A stretch of DNA of 64,000 nt, taken from NCBI GenBank assembly GCA_019721075.1, contig JAHEAD010000011.1:1-64000 (forward strand), read 5' to 3'. The stretch's first letter is position 1. Each line of letters opens with the position of its first letter. The stretch is from Candidatus Sysuiplasma jiujiangense. Lineage in GTDB: Archaea > Thermoplasmatota > Thermoplasmata > Sysuiplasmatales > Sysuiplasmataceae. The notes under the pieces are model-generated. The model had not been told where the DNA came from. It did no database searches and saw nothing but the letters and a program-made list of their open reading frames with translations. Shown one piece after another: positions 59,930 to 64,000 of this stretch. Position numbers and translations under genes: made by a program.

Positions 59930-61039
59930 TCATGAACCTGAGTGCCTGGGGCTGTTTGCTTTTAGGTGTTGAAACTGGAGGTAATAGAGAAACCTGATCT
60001 GCCGGGGAAAAAACAGATAAGCGAGTGACGATAGAGTAAAACTTGCGGCGTTAAACAATTTATCCGGACGCGCCTCATGCGAAATCAGGTACCTGACTGT
60101 TTCTGCCAAATTCTCAGTGACCTCCTTCTTTCTGGGATTTCTGTCGAATATATATCCCCACTGGCGGTACCTGAGCATATCCCAGAGTGCGGCTCCCCTC
60201 AAGTCTCGACATTTCATTATAGATGATATCAGCCTGAAGTCAGTTGACCTTTTCAGAAAAAATTTGCTCCTCTCATACATAAAAAAATGGTAGCCTGCAT
60301 CCGCTGTTTTGCTTAAACTTCCGGAATGGATGGTAACGAATGTCAATTTCCTCTTCTCAAGTATGACAGAATGCATGGAGTCGACTGCACAGAAAATAAT
60401 GAACCAGTCAGGTGTGTTATTATTCATTGACAACTCTGTAAGATACGGGAGCAGTAAATTCCTGCGAACGGCAATCGAGCTTGAGTTGGCATCTGCCATC
60501 AGAACATTGATATGCTCATACACTCTGCTGTGCAGTTCGGTTGTACTTTCGAAAGTGCTTACTCCAGAGGAGTATCCTGAGTCGCCTGAAACCTTGCTGT
60601 TTTCCTCATACACAAAATAATGCCCATTCAGATACAATCCCGCATCGGGATGTTTTTCGAAGGCTACGTATATCTTTTCCAATCGCTCCTTGTCATAGTA
60701 ATCGTCATCCTCAAGAAAGGTGACCACAGTTCCTCTTGCAACTTTAATTCCTTCAGAAAATTTCATGCCCACATTCTGAAATTCTTCGTCACCAAGAATA
60801 ATACTGAAGAGTTTTGATTCCTTTGCCATCTCTTCAATTTCCTGATCTGCATAGTCCTTTACCACAATAATTTCGAACAAATGCCTGCTGAGTGTCTGAA
60901 AATTGAGAGATTTTATCGCGTTCAGGAGAAATTCCTTCCGGGTATGATAGGATACAACAATCACTGAGATAACTGGTTGTTCATTATTGCCATAGCGCAT
61001 TTTTAGCGACCTCATCATATTGATACGGTCATTTGCCAA
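59930..61039 (-). CDS. Glycosyltransferase family 2
   Basis: ISVIVVSY, FEIIVV, FLEDDD and PDW; true start probably a few codons downstream. Confidence 0.88.
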   Translation of the reverse strand: MANDRINMMRSLKMRYGNNEQPVISVIVVSYHTRKEFLLNAIKSLNFQTLSRHLFEIIVVKDYADQEIEEMAKESKLFSIILGDEEFQNVGMKFSEGIKVARGTVVTFLEDDDYYDKERLEKIYVAFEKHPDAGLYLNGHYFVYEENSKVSGDSGYSSGVSTFESTTELHSRVYEHINVLMADANSSSIAVRRNLLLPYLTELSMNNNTPDWFIIFCAVDSMHSVILEKRKLTFVTIHSGSLSKTADAGYHFFMYERSKFFLKRSTDFRLISSIMKCRDLRGAALWDMLRYRQWGYIFDRNPRKKEVTENLAETVRYLISHEARPDKLFNAASFTLSSLAYLFFPRQIRFLYYLQFQHLKANSPRHSGS

Positions 61040-61261
61040 TCGCGGAAATCATATTTATCAAAATCCTCTCCGCAATGTGTCAGTTCAGGCATCAGTTTTC
61101 TTAAAACAGCCGGTTCTTAATAAAAGGAACAGCATAAGCGCCGCTTAGCCAGGGCCCGTGCCCGCTAAATGTCCTGTTTGCTGTCACCCTACAAACGCCT
61201 CTAATTTATGTGAATACGCTACACCCCAAAGTTATACCATCCGACTGCAAAGCAAACCAAT

Positions 61262-62092
61262 TCATCTACCGTGTGCGTTCTGCTCGTTCTTAATGAAATC
61301 TATTACAAGTCTGATGCCCTGCTTAATGTCTATGAATTCAGTCAATGCCGGATTCTTTGCAACCAGCTTCCTGGCTGTCTCTATAACATCCGGCTGCAGC
61401 TGTATCTCCAGGCTGCCATCACCAACTTCTTCGCGAATCAGTTCCGCAAGCTCAAGAATGCTTGTCCCCACGCCAGTTCCAACTTCATAGCTACCAGGTT
61501 TGAACCTGCCTGCAACAGAAGAAGAAAGGAACTTTACAACATCCGTCACGTAAACAAAATCTCTTACGTCCTGGCCATCGCCAAGCACGACTATTGGTCC
61601 GCCCTGCAGCGCCATTTTCGAAAACAGGTACACTCCGCCCTTACGGCTTCCGGAGCCATAAATATTGAAAAATGTAAGATCGAAGGCTTTCAATGAATAC
61701 AGCTTGCGGTAGAGATTAATCCATTCGACTGACTGTTTCTTCGAAAGAGAATAGGGATTTGAAGGATTTGAAGCTGAACCCGAAGACGGGAACATGAAAA
61801 CAGAATCCCATTTCCTGGAAAGCTCGAGGAATTTCAGCGTAAGCGAAAGATCGTCCTCGAAATATTCGTGCGGCCTTTCCACAGATTTACGTATGAGGCC
61901 CCGGGCAGCAAGATGTATGACGTAATCGAAAGGCTCTTCCGGAAGTTTGTCACCAATATCATAGCCTGCAACTGTGTAGGATTTAGAGAGTTCAGTGAAG
62001 AGGTGCGAACCTATGAAGCCTTTGTGGCCTGTTATCAATACCTTCAAACTATCGATCACTTGCAATTCAAGCCCTCTAAAATAACTTTGCAC
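61262..62092 (-). CDS. NAD-dependent nucleotide-sugar epimerase/dehydratase
   Basis: TGHKGFIG, HLAA, YSLSK, FNIYG and RDFVYV; start approximate. Confidence 0.9.
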   Translation of the reverse strand: MQSYFRGLELQVIDSLKVLITGHKGFIGSHLFTELSKSYTVAGYDIGDKLPEEPFDYVIHLAARGLIRKSVERPHEYFEDDLSLTLKFLELSRKWDSVFMFPSSGSASNPSNPYSLSKKQSVEWINLYRKLYSLKAFDLTFFNIYGSGSRKGGVYLFSKMALQGGPIVVLGDGQDVRDFVYVTDVVKFLSSSVAGRFKPGSYEVGTGVGTSILELAELIREEVGDGSLEIQLQPDVIETARKLVAKNPALTEFIDIKQGIRLVIDFIKNEQNAHGR

Positions 62093-62252
62093 CGCATCTG
62101 CGTTTCGTCTGAATCCAAGGAGCCGCCGAAAATGAGTTTGGGTTCACCTCTGCTGACTCGACCTGTAGCCTCGTTGAATCGTCTTCGCCTGAATCTCGCT
62201 TTGAAAGGCAATCGATACCAATATAGCAAATGTGTGAATTGCCTGATCTCCG

Positions 62253-63113
62253 TTGGCGGAAGAAGAAAACGCAAATACCGGGCGCAAAATGACGATCGGC
62301 GTAGACATAGCAGTGCTGAATGATCCGAAGCTCTTTGACACGTTGAACTCAATGCGTGAACAGTCGTTGAAACCTGAACTCGTTCTGATTGCTGACGGAG
62401 GCTCTCCCTCAGAATATATCGAAAAGATAAGAAATGATTTTTCCGATCTTCCATTGAACATTGCAATACTTCCCGGTTCGCACATAACGACCAAGAACGC
62501 CTCCATCGATCACATTACAACAGACATTGTTGCGTTCCTTGATTCGGACGAGGTTGCTCCGCGGGAATGGCTAGCAACAATCTCAAAGCCGATCGTTGAG
62601 GGAAAGGCAGACTTTACCGGCGGACCGACCAGACCTCCAGGGGAACCCAGGAACAGCATAGAACGCTATTACAATGAACTCGAGAGAAGGATATACGAAG
62701 GAGACGTTGAACAGGACGTTGTCTACATGCCGCTTGGAAATACGGCATGGAAAACTTCTCTCCTGAAACACCTCAGGTTTGACCGGCGGATTGTTTTCAG
62801 GGGAGGTGCGCCGGACTATGACCTGGAAATGCGGGCGGTTGATGCAGGATACAGGGGATTATTCGTCAGAGATGCATGGGTATATCACAACAAGGGCACC
62901 GTGAAGGGTTACCGAGCACTCGTGAAGCACAGGTACAGGTATCTGGTGGGAGCAGCCGTTGTGATGATCAAGAACGGGAGGTTGAGGAAGAGGGCGGGTG
63001 AAAAGCGAACAATGATAAAGATGCCTTTCGCCTATGTGGAGGAACTGATGAAACCGATTGCACTTGTTCATGCGTTTATTTACTGGGAATTTGTTGTGAA
63101 GAGGAAGGAATAG
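62253..63113 (+). CDS. Glycosyltransferase family 2
   Basis: LIADGGS, FLDSDE, GGP and GNTAW. Confidence 0.85.
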   Translation: MAEEENANTGRKMTIGVDIAVLNDPKLFDTLNSMREQSLKPELVLIADGGSPSEYIEKIRNDFSDLPLNIAILPGSHITTKNASIDHITTDIVAFLDSDEVAPREWLATISKPIVEGKADFTGGPTRPPGEPRNSIERYYNELERRIYEGDVEQDVVYMPLGNTAWKTSLLKHLRFDRRIVFRGGAPDYDLEMRAVDAGYRGLFVRDAWVYHNKGTVKGYRALVKHRYRYLVGAAVVMIKNGRLRKRAGEKRTMIKMPFAYVEELMKPIALVHAFIYWEFVVKRKE

Positions 63114-63225
63114 AATGTGAAGGAGCCACAGAGTGTTTTATTGCGATGTGGAATATCACCTTCAGACCAAGCAACAATTTATAAACATTGAGAGTTTCGT
63201 CAGCAACCACACTCAGGGTTACTGC

Positions 63226-63333
63226 ATGAAGAGAAGTTCACGCGTATGGAAGAAGCGAGGCAAGATGCGCTGGAAGTGGCGAAAGAAGAGGATGAGGAGA
63301 AGGAAGAGAGCCCAGAAGATGAGGAAACGATAA
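63226..63333 (+). CDS. rpl41e: Ribosomal protein L41e (eS32)-like basic peptide
   Basis: MKRSSRVWKKRGKMRWKWRKKRMRRRKR; TTTATA promoter about 45 nt upstream. Confidence 0.85.
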   Translation: MKRSSRVWKKRGKMRWKWRKKRMRRRKRAQKMRKR

Positions 63334-63358
63334 ACACCTTAGTTCAATTTCATTACCA

Positions 63359-63533
63359 GGGGGTTTGGGGTAGTCCGGTATCCTTGCGGGCTCCAGTGAA
63401 GTCAAACACCTGATACCTCCTGGCAGCGGATGAATTGTTCCTTTAACTGACGGAAGGATGATGAAATACTGGAGCGATGAGCTGCCTGAAGTGGAGGTAC
63501 CCGCTGATGTGGGTTCAAATCCCACAACCCCCA
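63359..63533 (+). tRNA. tRNA-Trp(CCA) with a 102-nt intron at 37/38 (63397-63498)
   Basis: Acceptor GGGGGTT/AACCCCC; GCGGG-CT CCA G^intron^A-CCCGC; BHB central helix CTCC/GGAG. Confidence 0.95.
63422..63486 (+). ncRNA. Intron-encoded box C/D guide RNA
   Basis: Terminal stem GGCAGC/GCTGCC; C GGATGA (63428), D' CTGA (63447), C' ATGATGA (63458), D ATGA (63477); D guide ACTGGAGC pairs with the anticodon loop and D+5 lands on C34. Confidence 0.88.
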
Positions 63534-63606
63534 TGCAGAAAGAAGTATCTACCCTTCATCATATAATCTGCCGCATTCTGGAAATAGAAACCATTGCAGG
63601 AATAAA

Positions 63607-64000
63607 ATGAAGATCGAATGGAAACTTAATGAACTTCAAATGCTTAAAAAAGCCGGAATATGCCATTCGTTCTTCATGGACGCACTTTCCAGAACATATA
63701 GAAAGAACAAATACCGAGAATGGAATGCTCTGGGTATCCGGGAAGCGGAAATACTCGGAATCATGTTCTGCGACGAAACGCCTCCGCAGTCTCTCTTCGA
63801 AATTTTTTTTGTGGCGATATGCGGCTACGAAGATTTTTTACCCGATTAAGGGCGATGTCGTTCTAGATATCGGTGCGGGTTAGGGCGATTCCGCGCTCTG
63901 GTGGTGGAAGAAATTTGGTGCCGCGATCTATTTTTTGAAGCTCTCCCCCTTATTTATAAGATACTCTCTGAAAATACAAAATTGAACAATGCCAGTGTTG
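63607..64000 (+). pseudogene. FkbM-family methyltransferase with a frameshift and an in-frame stop (runs off the window)
   Basis: ..YEDFLP / IKGDVVLDIGAG*GDSALWW; frameshift at about 63840 and TAG at 63881-63883. Confidence 0.7.

Noticed and set aside
63881..63883. In-frame TAG in the FkbM gene as pyrrolysine
   Set aside because: The gene also has a frameshift about 40 bp upstream and no pyl genes are in view; a pseudogene is more likely
1..64000. CRISPR arrays, cas genes, rRNA genes and long tandem repeats
   Set aside because: No regularly spaced repeats, cas-like ORFs or rRNA sequence found on reading the intergenic regions

Overview
Archaeal chromosomal segment, by inference from a member of class Thermoplasmata. 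Supporting markers are a Thermoplasma-type zinc ferredoxin, a nuclease-less Hef helicase, thermosome, Sm protein, rpS17e, an L41e/eS32-like protein and intron-containing tRNAs. A canonical mevalonate-5-kinase argues for a lineage outside Thermoplasmatales proper. Most of the window is housekeeping and transport: thermosome, Lsm, Hef, ferredoxin plus geranylgeranyl reductase, mvk, hutI, two ABC exporters, smc-scpA-scpB, surE, alaX, lsrF and four tRNAs. Four accessory blocks are present. (1) A decayed patch at about 33.2-38.2 kb next to tRNA-Arg(UCU) holds a DUF2080 gene with a transposase stub, a doubly frameshifted PNGase A gene, an AAA ATPase and a TnpB relic. (2) An integrated-element remnant at tRNA-Glu (45.0-47.8 kb) is bounded by a 24-bp duplication of the tRNA 3' half and carries hicBA plus a complete ISH3-type IS. 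(3) A hemerythrin / HTH-10 activator / two NnrS-like / DUF2249-cupin / ferredoxin cluster (48.0-53.3 kb) has four promoters sharing a 14-bp palindrome at near-constant spacing from the TATA box, a candidate undescribed archaeal nitrosative/redox-stress regulon. (4) A glycosyltransferase cluster spans 56.4-64 kb. The tRNA-Trp intron encodes a box C/D RNA: its D guide targets C34 of its own tRNA, while its D' guide appears to match 16S rRNA instead of tRNA position 39. All product calls come from motif recognition by eye; no database searches were run.
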